Notes: generated by a model not told the origin, from the sequence alone. 61,668 bases of DNA, filler included, from Dimargaris cristalligena (GCA_003614675.1; 4 parts of 4 records of this genome joined end to end with filler, not necessarily neighbours in it); one strand, 5' to 3'. Shown: positions 47,916 through 61,615, numbered from the whole stretch's first letter. Made by a program: numbers and translations.

Positions 47916-50900
47916 ATGGAGTACCAGAACAATGCCCAGTTCAAAGACTTCTCGTACTGCTTAACCCGGGAAGTGGACCAGTTTGTGGCCGTCAAACTGT
48001 AAGTTAAACTGAATGGCTAAAGCGCCCCAACACAACTACCAAGAGCGCTCATTGGCCTCCGGTTGACCCGAATTGCAACATCGCTAAGCGATGTCAACCG
48101 TATTCCTAACGGCCCAAGTTATGAAGTGCCGGTTTCTAACTCCAGTTAGAATATATTTATTGGTGTATGTTATTGCGGCGCATTGTCGTTACAGGGTATC
48201 ACTAGAGGGAAATTTGAAGCGGTTTCCCGATGCTGTATCACGGGAGATTAACGAAACGATTGAAAGACTGGGACTTGGCGATGTCCCTTCTAACGTAGAG
48301 TAGGTTGACGTAATATCTATATAGATGGCATTATATAGGGATACTGGTTGAATAGCTGCGCGAGTGACTATAGAAAGGCATGGCCACCAAACCCATGCCT
48401 AATATTCCTAGATATTATTGTTTAAATGCCTACACTCCCATACAGTCCCGCCAACTCCATATTCGCCACCGTCGAGATATACGCCGACGGGTATCCATTA
48501 GGGATTCCCTACCGAACCTCATACCGCCCTACCAAGCACAACATGTAAGTTTTTATGGTAGACACATATGTCGCTCACTTCAATACGTGGTGTTTCATTA
48601 CCATGGTGCCGGACTATTTCAATAACCATTTGCATCCTATACACTCAAATTATGACTTATCAAATTACACCTATCAATTATCGTTTGGTTATTTAGTTGG
48701 AACGAATGGATCACCCTACCAGTCAAATACTGCGACATTCCTCTGACTGCTCAACTTCTGTTCAATTTCTGGTGCCTGGAAGCCCCCCGGGAAATTCAAA
48801 TTGTCGGGGGTTGTACACTATCCCTTTTTACCTGTAACCAGTAAGTGCACTATTCCATACTTCTCCGAAATATTCCCTATACCCCCCCCCAGTAAGCACT
48901 GCTATTTAACCCGGCGTCCTCGCGCCTAAACTGGTAAATTAGGCACCCAGTCAACTAATCATCATAATGCCCTGTCCTGCCATTTGTTAAATATTATTCA
49001 ATTTAGTAAACTACGCCAAGGGCGCCAGAAACTGACCCTGTGGGATGGCCAATTAGCCGACCCCCTGAGTCCCACCCAAACCCCGGGAAAAACGGGCACT
49101 AAAACCGAAATGGATCGCCTGGAAAAACTAATAAAGAAGCACGAAAACGGCGACCTGGCGCGCCTGGACTGGCTGGATAAACTGGCCTTCCGGGAGATTG
49201 AAAAAATCCACCAAATAGAAGCCCGGCGTACCGTTGCCACGTTTTTGTACATTGAATTGCCCAAATTCGATTTCCCCCTCATTTACAGCGAAACCGAAAG
49301 CGCCGATCCCTATTTAGTCACCCCTTTATTCCCCCGCATTGCATTCGTCCACGACCCCGAATTGCACCGGGAGAATCTGGCCGAAGCCAAACACCGGCGC
49401 CTGCTCCGGAGCCAACGCCACGGCCCCCTGGACCGGGAACTCAAACCCAACGCCAAACTGCGGGACGAATTAAACACTATTCTCCAGTACCCCCCCACAA
49501 AGGAACTCAATACCGAAGAAAAGGACCTGCTGTGGAAATTTCGCTTCTACCTGGCGCGCGACCGCAAGGCCCTGACGAAATTCCTGCGCTGCGTGGCTTG
49601 GTCGGATCCGGTGGAGAGTCACCAGGCCGTTGATCTACTGACCCAGTGGGCCGATATTGATGTGGACGATGCCTTAGAATTACTCGGACCGGCCTTTACG
49701 AACCAACAGGTGCGGGCCTATGCGGTGGTGCGACTGCAGCGTGCCGACGATGACGAGCTGCGCTTGTATTTGCTGCAGTTGGTACAGGCCCTACGGTTTG
49801 AAGCCATGGGCCAGCGGCTGAGCCATCCGATGGCCGGTGATGCCATTGTGATGCCGACGGCGACTTCAGGGGTGCCCACCGTAACGGCTACCACCACCAC
49901 TACGACGACAACGAATAATGTGCATCTGGCGAACTCTACACACGCCCATTTTGGGTCACCTGCACCACCGGCAAAGTCGTTGACCGGGTTGGCATCATCT
50001 GTACCTGGTCCATCGACCTCTGAATCGGGCTTACTGACGACTGCTGATCCCGCCCTCTCCCACGCCTCAGCCAACGAAGGTGCCACCTCCGCCGCCGCCG
50101 CCACCACCAGTACGAGTACCAGCACCACCTCCACATCCAACTTGGCAGAATTCTTAATCACCCGGGCGGTACAAAGTCCCATCTTGGGCAATTACTTCTT
50201 TTGGTACCTGCGGGTCGAATGCGAGGACAAGGTTGTAGGGCCCATGTACACCCAGATAGCCCTACAATACGAACAGACCATGGGCCGGTTACCCGGCGGA
50301 GCGGAACGACTTGATATTTTGGCCCGCCAAACCGCCCTCATGACCAAACTCTCACGTCTATCCCTCCACCTACGGCAAATGAAAGAGGCCCGCCCCCAAA
50401 AGATTGCCTACCTCCAAAACTACTTGGCCAACCCCAAGAACCAACTGCAACGCTTCCCAGCACCTCTGCCCCTCCCTCTTGACCCCACGGTGGAGGTGGT
50501 GGGTATCATACCCGAAAAATCGACGGTATTCAAGAGTAGTATGCTGCCGCTGTCGTTGACTTTTGCCCGACGGAGACCCCCGAGCCGACGTAGACCACGC
50601 GACGGCCAGATGGCCGGAAGTGGGGCTGGGGGTGGGGAGAGCGACGAAGATGATGGAGTTGGGTATTCGGACGAAGAAGAGGAAGAGGTAGGGAAAGAGA
50701 GTGAAGCGGAATACCGACTCATGTTCAAGACGGGCGACGACCTGCGCCAGGACCAGCTGGTGATCCAGATTTTTACACTCATGGACCGTCTACTCCGCCA
50801 GGAGAAATTGGACCTCCGACTCACTCCGTATAAGGTGCTGGCGACGGGGGCTGACCAGGGTCTGATCCAATTTATACCATCCAGCGCCCTGGCGCAGGTG

Positions 50901-51494
50901 CTAACGGAGCACAATGACAGCGTCCTGGCCTACCTGCGCCTGCACAATCCCGACCCGCGCCCGACGGTACCCTACGGCGTGACGGCGGGGGCCATGGACA
51001 CATACATCAAGAGTTGCGCCGGTTACTGTGTCATCACGTACCTTCTAGGGGTCGGCGACCGCCACCTGGACAACCTTCTCATGACCCGCGACGGACGGCT
51101 CTTCCACATTGATTTTGGGTACTTCCTCGGCCGCGACCCTAAACCCTTCCCACCCCCCATGAAACTGTGCAAGGAAATGGTCGAAGGCATGGGGGGCGCC
51201 TTCAGCGTCCAGTACCAACGGTTCCAGGCCTACTGCTTCGTGGCCTTTAGCGTGCTTCGTAAATCAGCCAACCTGATTCTGAATCTTTTGGCGTTGATGG
51301 TGGAAGCGAACATCCCGGATATCGCCATTGAACCCGACCAGGCGGTGGCTAAAGTGCAGGAGAAATTCCGCCTGGATCTGTCAGAAGAGGAGGCGACCCA
51401 GTACTTCCAGTCGCTGATTAATGAGTCGGTGAGTGCGCTGTTCCCCCAGGTGATTGAAACGATTCACCGGTGGGCCATGTACTGGAAACAGTAG
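47916..51494 (+). CDS. VPS34: Class III phosphatidylinositol 3-kinase, 5 exons: join(47916..47998,48195..48299,48446..48544,48697..48840,49007..51494), ~972 aa
   Basis: C2 domain (WNEWITLPVKYCDIP), helical domain (EEKDLLWKFRFYL, LYLLQLVQALRFE), kinase motifs FKTGDDLRQDQL, GVGDRHLDN and HIDFG, and C-terminal IHRWAMYWKQ. All introns are GT-AG with consistent phase. Confidence 0.96.
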
Positions 51495-52835
51495 GTAGAT
51501 AAGTCTCAATGGGTGTGGCAAACTGATGAAAGAGGCGGTGGTTTGCTGCGTCTTCACGAATAATAAATTCAAGGATTCTTTGAATGGTTTATTGAGAATT
51601 GGCCTGTGGTCGGTGGTAATAAGTAAAATGCCATCAGCCCATTAGAGCGAGCTATTACTGATTTAGACGTAAGCAAGGTGAGAGGGGGGGGGTTAATATG
51701 GGCCGAGATATTATATTAGGCCAGATTCAGAGCTCAACTGTACACCGAAGGATGCATTTGCCGGGTTAGGCGGTTACATGTAAAGCGAAAGTTCTCACCC
51801 ACCTTTTTCCAGTGCATGCCCCTTAAAGTGTCCACACAGAGGGCACTAAGCCTCTTATAATTTATGGAAGCGTAATCATTTACCCTTCACCAGAGAATAC
51901 CGTCAGTATATACATTCCCCCCATAATGAATATGGGCATAATCTCAACTGAAACCGGCCGCTCGTTCTACTCTTAAACATTTTCGGGTCTTCAGTAGATT
52001 GGGAAGAGTGACTGTGGTGTGGGATTCAGGAAGAAGGGTAGTCCAACCAGGGGCATGTAATATAAGGCCAGTAACCTGAAACAGGTGTAAAAATGTCTGG
52101 GACTAGACCGAACGGGACCAACGGGAAGATCGGGAGAATGGTGGCACAAGGGTAGCTTACAGTGGTGACTGACTGACCAAATCATTGTCGGAGTGGCTGA
52201 GATATACCACTAACTACGCCTGACCCCCCACCCACATTCTGTCTTCCCTTCTGCTTGCTACGCTGCTGAACATGGGTAAAGAAGGTCGTAGAAGCGGCCC
52301 GGTGGTTCAAGGCTGGTGTGGATTATAATTTAGTCCCTACCGCTGGTTGATTTATTCGTTTCAAAAGCCGGTGGGCATTTTAGCAAACGAGCGCACCGCG
52401 GCTACCACCACTCCTAAGTCAATCTAAGAATGCCCAATTGGAGGGGAGGATATAACACTTACTCTTTTATTCCTTGGCTGCAATCAAATCAGCCCATTCA
52501 AGATTGATAAACCAGCGTAGCTTGTGAAGATGGGAGGAGAAAGAAGAGAGGAGGGCGAGGTGCTTGTCCCGTGACACTCCCACCACTACCCATGGGGGTG
52601 AGTCCCCCTCCCCTCTCTCCCACACCATCCGCTCACCTATTGGATGGAGGGGAGGACTATTACCGTGTCCATACTTAAACCCGGACTCACACCCTCCAAC
52701 TCTAATTGACAGTTTAACCTTTTACTATCAGCATTTTTAATCCCGATATATCACCACCCCACTTGTACATTTCCCGGTCTCGTTCACCCGCTCTCGCCCA
52801 ACCCTGCCTCTATCCACCACCACTACTTCGTCACT

Positions 52836-53114
52836 ATGCCTGAAGCCCCCGCCACCGGAAACGCCGCCTTCGACGCTGCCGCCGCCCAAACCGATACCTT
52901 CACCAGCAAGCCCACCAACGACGAACTGCTGAAGCTCTACGGTCTGTTCAAGCAGGGTACCGTGGGGGATGTCAACACTGAGCGACCCGGTATGATGGAC
53001 TTCAAGGGTAAGGCCAAGTGGGACGCCTGGAAGGCCAAGGAAGGTACCTCCAAGGAGGACGCCCAGGCCCAGTACATTGCCCTGGTTGCGGAGCTCAAGC
53101 CCAAATACACTTAA
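52836..53114 (+). CDS. ACB1: Acyl-CoA-binding protein
   Basis: [40 protein letters not shown]. Confidence 0.96.
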   Translation: MPEAPATGNAAFDAAAAQTDTFTSKPTNDELLKLYGLFKQGTVGDVNTERPGMMDFKGKAKWDAWKAKEGTSKEDAQAQYIALVAELKPKYT

Positions 53115-53672
53115 TTTGCCCTCCGCTCCCCCACCTATTGTGAGATCGCCAATGCCGGCGCAGTGCTGCTCAACCCCCACCAAGCTTCCGAACCACAACC
53201 CCCTTTGCTTTACAATGTGGGAGAGTGCGTATCCCAAGCACCGGTTCGACTCTTGTATCAACCGCTATACTTTCATCACCCCATCCCGCACTTTTACCCT
53301 GCTAAGATTATTTTGGGCAGGTCTAATAAACCAACTGTTGATTTTCTATATAACAATGATGGCCATCGGTAATGGTGAAATATGTAATTGGCAGAGGCAT
53401 GGCTGTGGTTTTATGTTTATTTTTCTATCAATGGACTAATCCATGGATAAGATGGATAGAACGAGAGAGATAATCGGAACAATACTAGCTGCCAAGATTG
53501 GAAGTTAAAAAGGAGGTGAAATGGTGGTACAGATACTAATCAATAGGAAGGGAACGGGGGGCCGACTTTCCTGGGCAAATGGTGCAAATGTACTGAAGGA
53601 GCTACTACGAAATGCCTTACGATGAGGAGAGAGAGAGAGAGAAAGGGAAGGGGGAAGACAGTGAGGACTTCC

Positions 53673-54200
53673 TTATTTATTCATCTGAACCTTGGCCTCG
53701 CCCTGGGCCCGGTCCGCTTTACCGGAAAGCTCGCGTACATTGTCACCGGTCAGTTTACCGGCGTATTCGTTGGCGACCCCCTTGGTCTTATCAACCATAC
53801 CCTCCGCAACCGCCTGAGCCTTGGCCGCCTCGTACTCGACGTTACCCTCGGCCCGCTGCCGGCTGCCGGCTTGGGCCAATTTGGGGTTACCCACGGCGTG
53901 ACCCACAGTTTCCTTGACGGTGCCCGTGGCGCACTTGACGTTACCCGATAGCTGGGAAGGGCCACTGCTGCTACTTTTATCGGTGGCGGACTGCTTCGCT
54001 GAGTCGGCGGTTTCGCCCACCTTGTCCGAGGCGGAGTGGACCTGGGATTCGATCTGGGCCTTTTCGTAGGCGACGTTGGCTTCGGCCTGGATGCGCTGGC
54101 CCTCGGCGACTAGGTTCTCGTTACCCAAAAGACTGCCGGTCCTTTCAGTGACCACGCCCTGGGCAGACTTGAGGTTGGCGGAGACGGTATCCATGTTCAT
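53673..54200 (-). CDS. CsbD/LEA-like hydrophilic stress protein with repeated units
   Basis: Repeated units GNVKCATGTVKETVGHAVGNPKLAQAG, GVVTERTGSLLGNENLVAEG and GKLTGDNVRELSGKADRAQGEA; TATATAA upstream at ~54359-54365. Confidence 0.8.
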   Translation of the reverse strand: MNMDTVSANLKSAQGVVTERTGSLLGNENLVAEGQRIQAEANVAYEKAQIESQVHSASDKVGETADSAKQSATDKSSSSGPSQLSGNVKCATGTVKETVGHAVGNPKLAQAGSRQRAEGNVEYEAAKAQAVAEGMVDKTKGVANEYAGKLTGDNVRELSGKADRAQGEAKVQMNK

Positions 54201-56442
54201 GGTGAATAGATAGAGAAGTAAGAGTGAATGGGGAGGGGGAGAAAGATGGGTGTAGTGGTGGGGGGGGGAGATTCGAAATATGGAGAGAAGTAGTTGTTGG
54301 TTAAGGGTGGTGATTGAAGTAGTTGTAATGAAGAATTAGAAGACGGCATTGGGCTGGGTTTATATAGGGCCGACGATAGCGATGGTAATTCCGCGGGGCT
54401 GCCTTTTGATATCTATGACCCGTTCATAATGGCCCAGTTGCTGATAGTAGCACTCAAAAACTTTACTCTAGAGGTCTTTTACATCAGGGTGACGTCGTGC
54501 TTTATTCCCCCATGGCAATAGTTCACCCTCCCCGCGCGACCCCTTTCCATGTACTTGCCATCTCCCACACTGGTAAATATTACGACTTTCTCGCGTAACA
54601 CATACTGTATAGGCTCGGGAAACCACTTAATAGAAAGGTGTGTAAACTCCGGGGTAAACACGGCCTTGTGACGTCGATTGCTAAAGGGACTACCTCATTC
54701 ACTGCTTTACACAATCCCCCGATCATTGACGGTATTATGACATCATATACTTCTCCATCGTCCATTTGTAAGTTGGCCCCTTCATTCCAGCCTATTGGTC
54801 CTACGCTCCACACCATTCACGCCCCTTTTAAAAATTTAATATGGGCGAAGTGGCTGTTAATACGCCAATGTAAACAGGGCCATTCGCTCCCAATAGGAAA
54901 CGAGCTAGTTGACTACGACTGCTGAGAGGAATGTTATTATACAGCCCTTGGATTTCAATGACCATGTTCCAAGAAGCGTAGGCCAGTTAATGACGAAATG
55001 TAAAATATATTACTAGGCGCTAAGGGTTAATCCGATGCCACTGTTGATAATACAACTATAAGACGTCAGGTGAAATTAAATTGCTAGTATTGTGCTTGGC
55101 ACAGGGGTGTGTCGTATCTAATGATAGGAGTAGCACGGTATTCAGTGACAGAGGTGGATTTGAGAAGCGGATACTGGTCAAATAAGGGGAGGGGGTGGTT
55201 TCCTAGGCATCGACGATATCTGCACCCAGACAGTCGAATTTACGACTCGGTTAATCGACCAAGTCGCCAGGGGTGGGAAAAGGTGGGAATTCGTACAGAA
55301 GTTGACACTGCAAACCATCGAGAAAAGATGGCTAGCTGGGCCACCACAATTGACGCCTACCCCTGGTAAAGCTGCGGCATACCTCGCCCTTCCCTTCTCC
55401 AGCACTAAATCGCTAGTATTAGTGGTATTAGAGTGGCAGAGGGGGGGGTTCTTACTAGTATAAAACCAATATGGAAGGTTTGAACCCACACTTCGATTAC
55501 TTTAGCGCCAAGAAAATTGGCATAGGCAAAAAATATAACCGGATAAATTAGTGGATTGCTGACGGCCATTAGATTTCCAGCTGCACTTGTCTATATCGGC
55601 TGGGCTTCCCTCTAATTCGATCTGGCTCACCTGTAGTCAACACACAGCGGTTGAGACCAATCTCCTCCTCCTGATTTCATACATGCCACTGTATCCTCCC
55701 GTATCACAGGGTCTAATATCGTGTATAAAAGGATACGTGTGTGAGTGAAAAGCAGTTTTACTTTGCTAAATAATGACGGGGTCCCCATTTTTAGAGGGTA
55801 TCCCGCCTTTATTGATCAACAACAATAGTTTAATATAGGTAGGTACAGCTGGCCATTTCTCTTCATATGTTCTCTACTTTCGTTGGGGTTCACCGGTCCT
55901 CACCTGTTACCCCACAACTGTCCTCCTCTCCCTTTGCTGTACGCGGGTTCTCTCATTTGCCCATAGCTTAGCGACCAGGTTATTGGTCCCATCTTATTAT
56001 GTATCGAAACTAGTTACTAAATTGTTGTACAGGCAATAATGTACATTGCGATACTAAAGTAGGCATTCCAATCCAACATTTATTAGTGAGTCAAATAATG
56101 AGTTAGTTTAGCGAGAACAGGCAGAAGATGCTGGATTTATTGGGCCATCACATAAGAAATGTCAAATCAGGTAGGGTGAAATATACATGGAGTAAACAAG
56201 GTGGCCGGTCAATGGGGCTAGGCGGTGGATAGTGTAAGATAATATCACCAGTAGATGGCATTTGAGGGGGAGTGGTAGTACACTAGGCCGATGGATGCAG
56301 TTGCCCAGGTGTGATGTACCGGAGTTAGCTAGTTCCAAACACATGACTGCTTGGACATTGTCTATTTGGGCATTGTAGGGGTGTCGTTTTAATTAGTCGG
56401 CACTATTTTCACGGCATCTTTGGTTTATTTACTTTGAGTTTG

Positions 56443-56704
56443 TCACTGGCATTTTGTCGTTTGGGGGGGGGGGGCAAAGCTTCGGTCGGTTTTTTTACTA
56501 CTGGTCACTCCCTTGATTTCCGATTTTCCTTGCTTATCGTTTTTTGGGGCTGCTTGACCCTGTCCCCCGGATGTGTTGCCCTTTTGGGGTACGTGACGCA
56601 CAAGATGCTGGCTAAGGGGAGTGCGGTGAGTATGGCTACCAAACGAGTGGGCAGCCTGACGAAACCGTGGCCAGTGTGGCGAGAGTGAGAATGGCGAAAC
56701 GCAC
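56443..56704 (-). pseudogene. Possible decayed small secreted protein gene
   Basis: GTG-CGT-TTC... reads (V)RFAILTLATLATVS, like a signal peptide lacking its ATG. It then continues in another frame as QAAHSFGSHTHRTPLSQHLVRH...; a TATA tract lies at ~56897. Confidence 0.3.
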
Positions 56705-57634
56705 GTTGATGGAGCTAGGGGTGGGTGGGAGAGGAGGGGGGCTACAGTGCTGGAATTTGCAAGGATATCGGTGATTTTTACACTCTGTAGGAATAAAATG
56801 GGAAAGTTGGGTAAAAATATAGGAAACAAAATGTGGTAATGGAAATGATGGCAGTGGTTAATAGTATAAAATTGGTAATGCGAAAGTCCATGGTATTTAT
56901 ATAAACTCAATGAGTAGTCTGGATTCTATGCTGTCACCTTATATCCCAGCAATTTCAACGTACCTTTGGCGTGATTATGGTACTGCTACGCCTCTCCCCC
57001 TATGTCTTTACGGTACATCCTACACCAAATATATGTTGGACTGCATCTCCCTCCAAGTGCCATTTACTGTATCGGGTATTTCGAGCGATCCTATTGGTCG
57101 AAACTATACTCAATAAATACCACTGCGATGAGCTTAATTCTCATCTTGTGGTTCTTTCCTACTTCTATCTATCTTAAAATAAACTTCATCTCCAGTCTAT
57201 CTCGGATTATAATTGAGAGAATCTGCGGTGACTCCAACAATATGTACACATCTCAAACTGGCTGATAGCTGACACAGTGCTTCCAATGGTGGGCACTACA
57301 TGCCCTACATACCCTCAAATAACCTCAGTCTTAATATATGGCTATTAGAATCATACCTCACAATAGGTTGGTTTGGCAATCTTAATTAGTGCCATTATGT
57401 TAACCACTTTCAATTAGGGTTAACAAAGAAACCTGTGTTGATCCCACTATCAAAGTATTCAAATTGGATCCACCCCCCCCCCCTCTCCATTGCACACCTA
57501 AAGGAAGGGTCAATTAAGCAATGTAGGCAGTAGTTGGGTAGTAGGGGGGGAGGAAAGGGAAAAGAGAGAGGGAGAGAGGGGGGTAATCAGAACTATCAAC
57601 TATATGGCATTATATTACTGACAATCAATCTACT

Positions 57635-58104
57635 TATTACCCAAGTTAACCACTCTTAGTCTGTTAAGAGTCTCAGGGATAGGCTTCTAATAGTAGGTGG
57701 GGCTTAGACTTGGCCAAGCAGGCTACTAGTATCAGGTATAGGCATAGTACTAACTAATAAAGGCTTAGGTAATTGGGTATGCAAGGGAAATGCAGCAGGC
57801 ACACTTACTGGTTAGTATAAGGGGGTAAGTTTATATAAAGTTTATTAAGGTAAATTAGGGGGTAAGAATAAGCTAAGGATACTACTAAGACTATAGGATA
57901 GGTAAATAAGTAAACCAGATAGTCACAGGTATCTGGAAAACTCTGATGGTAACTGGAAGAGCCTTTGGATTAGTACTTGAGTGATTAGTATAAAGAGGTA
58001 GAGTCTAGAAGGGGAAGGGTTATATGATATAGGATGATCCCATAGTACTGGGGGTGACTATGGGAAGGTTAATATGGTACTATAGGGCCTCATATGGTCA
58101 GACA
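57635..58104 (-). mobile_element. Complete solo LTR, family A (~470 bp)
   Basis: Minus strand runs TGTCTG...GGGTAATA, a C>T-decayed form of GGGCAACA. Flanks ctact/ttgct are compatible with a transition-decayed 5-bp TSD. Three partial homologs occur elsewhere in the window. Confidence 0.65.
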
Positions 58105-59992
58105 TTGCTATTAATAAGATTGAGCAAGTGCAGGATTATTCAGGAGGATAGCTTTATTGTAATTAGCAGCCCCAATAGGGTATGAAGATTAATCTAGCAA
58201 TTGTAGGAAATGAAAGAAAATGTATGGGAGTAATAGTCATCTGAGGACCTGTCTTTGGGTTAGCCAACTGTTCCTTTTTATAATGGCATAACTCAAGAAC
58301 CATTTATGCACATATAGCCTTCAGGATGCATCAGGGGTAATGGATGAGAAGATATCATCAGAGGTCCAGTTGGATGCCTGGCAATATGCACTGTCTGTTT
58401 ATTACCAGGTACATTTGGCACCACATTATTAACAGCATCTAGGCCAACCAGATTAATGTAGATTAGATAGTCTGACGCTAATAATAGAGTGGGTGTATAA
58501 GGCCTTAATAGATCAGTACAGTATTCCAGGCAATTGTTGGAATGTACTCAGTTATTTAGCAGTATACTTAACAATATTCAGTGTATACTATACCTGGCTA
58601 ATGGGAACTACAGATTGGATCAATGGGATTTCGGGACTGGAGGCCTGGGGTCACATCTACTTTAACCACTACTCCCCTCAACGGACCTTGATGCCTCCCC
58701 TTTTGTTTTATTTACTATTTATCTGGCCAATATATACTATATCATTGAATAAGGTTAAGCGGATGTGAAATATAAGCTAAGGGGAAAGCAAAGTAAAACC
58801 CACAGCAATTTACATTCATACATAGATAAGGCCTAGAGGCTGTCCGGAAGGCAGCTTCAGAGATATTGGTCAGAGGATGCAGGCACCCAGAGGGTTCTGA
58901 TGAAAATCGAAGTGATATTGGATCAACATGTAAGTGATGTTGCACCTGCATCTTGTGCAATGGTTTAAAGGACGATACCCTTGTGTCCCTTATCATGGGT
59001 ATAGCATTAAAATTACAAAACATATGGTACAATCAGCTAATTGACGGAGGCTGGTTAATATTGTCCCTGTCTAAACAAACCGCATATTTCGCAAGCTCTA
59101 TTTTTCTGGAGTTCCCTTGTTGACCCATTGGGTCATGCGCTTAAGAATATTTATAGATAATCTTATGTTTGCTATACTCACCTTTTAAACCAACCATTAG
59201 ATGGTGTTCAAAACTTGATTTATTAACACACTGCATTACCCGATACCCTGCGTGCATATCCAAATTCATCTACTGCCATAAAAACGACTAATGTATAGTA
59301 CATTCGGGTCTCCCTTCACACCAGACTTCCCAGCAATTTCGCATAGTATGGTTTTAACAGACTAGAGTGTTTCCCTGACGAACATTGTTTACACTACGTT
59401 CCGGCCGCATACCCCCTGATAAACTGCGGCTGGTGGTATGTGTATCGTTGGAAAAGCTCGAATCGGGGTGTGCCAATTTTTAAAACTGATTAATGTCGAA
59501 CAATTTATCACAGTTACCAGTGCCTACTGACTAAATGTACCCATTTGAAAATCAAGGGGTTATACTTTCCTGGATGGTGGCGTGGTTGACCACTAGACAA
59601 CAACAGTGACCGCATCACACCCATTCCAATTACACACATTCGTATGATATAACTTGAAAATGAGCTGTCCTTTGATGCTGTTCCTTTAAGATTGAACTGA
59701 TATAACTATTTCATGGTTTACTCTTTAGTACCGTACATAGGTTGTTAGCCCATACGGCCAGTCTAGCTTGGACTACCAAGTCTCGGCCATTAGTATATAA
59801 CCGCTACCACCGCCCTGCAGAAAAATGTATATTATAAACTTAGGATTTACCATCCACCACTTCGACAAGGACATCCTCTTGAGTCGCTTCAGCTGAATCT
59901 TTCAGATTCATCCAATAGTACATAATCTCATCCAGCAGCCGCTCACCGCACACCACTCACCAGCCATACGCGTGACCGTATCACCAAGACCT

Positions 59993-60467
59993 ATGCATCT
60001 TGAGCACTTTGACGGCGACTGGGAGCCCATATCTCTTAACCGTAAGGCAGTAAATTTGTATTTTGTTTCTACCATTTTACGATTCCATTAGAATTTATAG
60101 GCAGTCTGGCGTCAACTTAATCTAGTCCTCCCCGGATGACTTCGCCGTCTTGTATATGTACGCACTATACGCGACTGAGCTGGCTTAGCATTGAGAGATA
60201 ACTGAGTATATTAATATCATTTGAACAGCTGCTATGCATGCACGTTTACATCACTCATTATATTATGGCCTGAATCTTGGATTTTTTCCTGGATGTCTAG
60301 GTTGGATCGATATTACATACCATGATAACCCCAGGGAATCAATTATAGGCGAGGTCACAGAGATAAACGAAAAGAACCGTACGTTTACCGTGACCACTCC
60401 AGAAGGAGAGGACATTATTGTAAATCCCATTGATATATTTTTTTCCTATGTTTCAGAGCTAATATAA
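59993..60467 (+). CDS. Small 2-exon gene join(59993..60041,60229..60467), 95 aa, with a YolD/SH3-like beta-barrel pattern
   Basis: A GTAAGG..ACAG intron joins MHLEHFDGDWEPISLN in frame to PAMHARLHHSLYYG...IDITYHDNPRESIIGEVTEINEKNRTFTVTTPEGEDIIVNPIDI. TATA-like tracts occur at ~59794 and ~59828. Confidence 0.5.
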
Positions 60468-61510
60468 GAAAATAAGCAACGCCGGAAACCGCATTGCCTC
60501 TCTCCATAACCCTTCGCACACATTGGCACTCATTACAAAGGACAGGTTAGCCTGCTGAGCTAGCATAATTCATGAAACCGGAGGACGACTTTCGGATATT
60601 GAGCCCCCCCCCCGTCGCTTTGCAACTGGGCATGTATCCCCTGTATCTCCAATTTCGTCCCGCTTACTGACTGATTCCATAGTACCAAAATAAAACAGCT
60701 ATCCGATTGCATTTATAGCAATATGTCCATTGGATAAAACTCCCGAACCCTCTTACACGATCGGGTTGGAGGAAATCTGGGTGGATTGGGCCCACATTTA
60801 TATTAACAGCTAGGTATTTGTGACAGCTTCTGACCTTTAGGCGCTACATTCCACACATCTGGAAATGACTTTTAACCAACCAAGAGAGAGAAAAAACACT
60901 TATCGACTGTTTACTCCCCCCTCATTCATTAAATACCCTCTGAATAATAGTACGGGGGTGTCGCCCTCTGTCCCTTACCAAATATCTACACTGGCTATTT
61001 TAAACACGCCCCCCTCCTAGCTCTGAATACCATCCTACCGTGAATCCAACGGACATCCAGGGACAAATAGGTTATTAAATATTTCAGGTGCCATAGATAT
61101 AGATACTTTCACACACATATATATATATGTATAATCCATCCAAGTCCGCTAATGTAGGTGGTCTGCATTAAATACATTTCTCTTGAATAAGAGTTCTAAA
61201 TTTAGTTTCCAAATATTGTTAGTCGCCCCCTCTCCTCCAGCTACAGGGCATATTCAGCTCCCCTTTTACAATGTTTCGTTTTCATATGCACTCAAAAGTA
61301 ATCACTGGTATTTTCTTCAGAATAGAAATAATGGACTCAAGCAGCACCAATGCCCTTGTGTCATTTGGTATTATCATTTTTATACAATTCATCACATAAC
61401 TAGAATTGACTGAACCATTGGTCTTACACTCCATTGTGTGGCTACATGACTGGGAATAATGGGGAAAGAATGGTCTTCATCATTTCCAAGTTTTGACACA
61501 ATTTCTTGGG

Positions 61511-61615
61511 TATTACCCAGGTTAACCACTCTTAGTCCATCAAGAGTCCCAAGGATAGGCTTCTAATGGTAGTCTGGGCTTAGACTTAGCCAAGTGGGTC
61601 CTAGAATTAGGTAGG
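61511..61615 (-). mobile_element. LTR family A, 3' part, interrupted by family B
   Basis: tattacccaggttaaccactcttagtccatcaagagtccc... matches 57635 onward. Confidence 0.7.
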
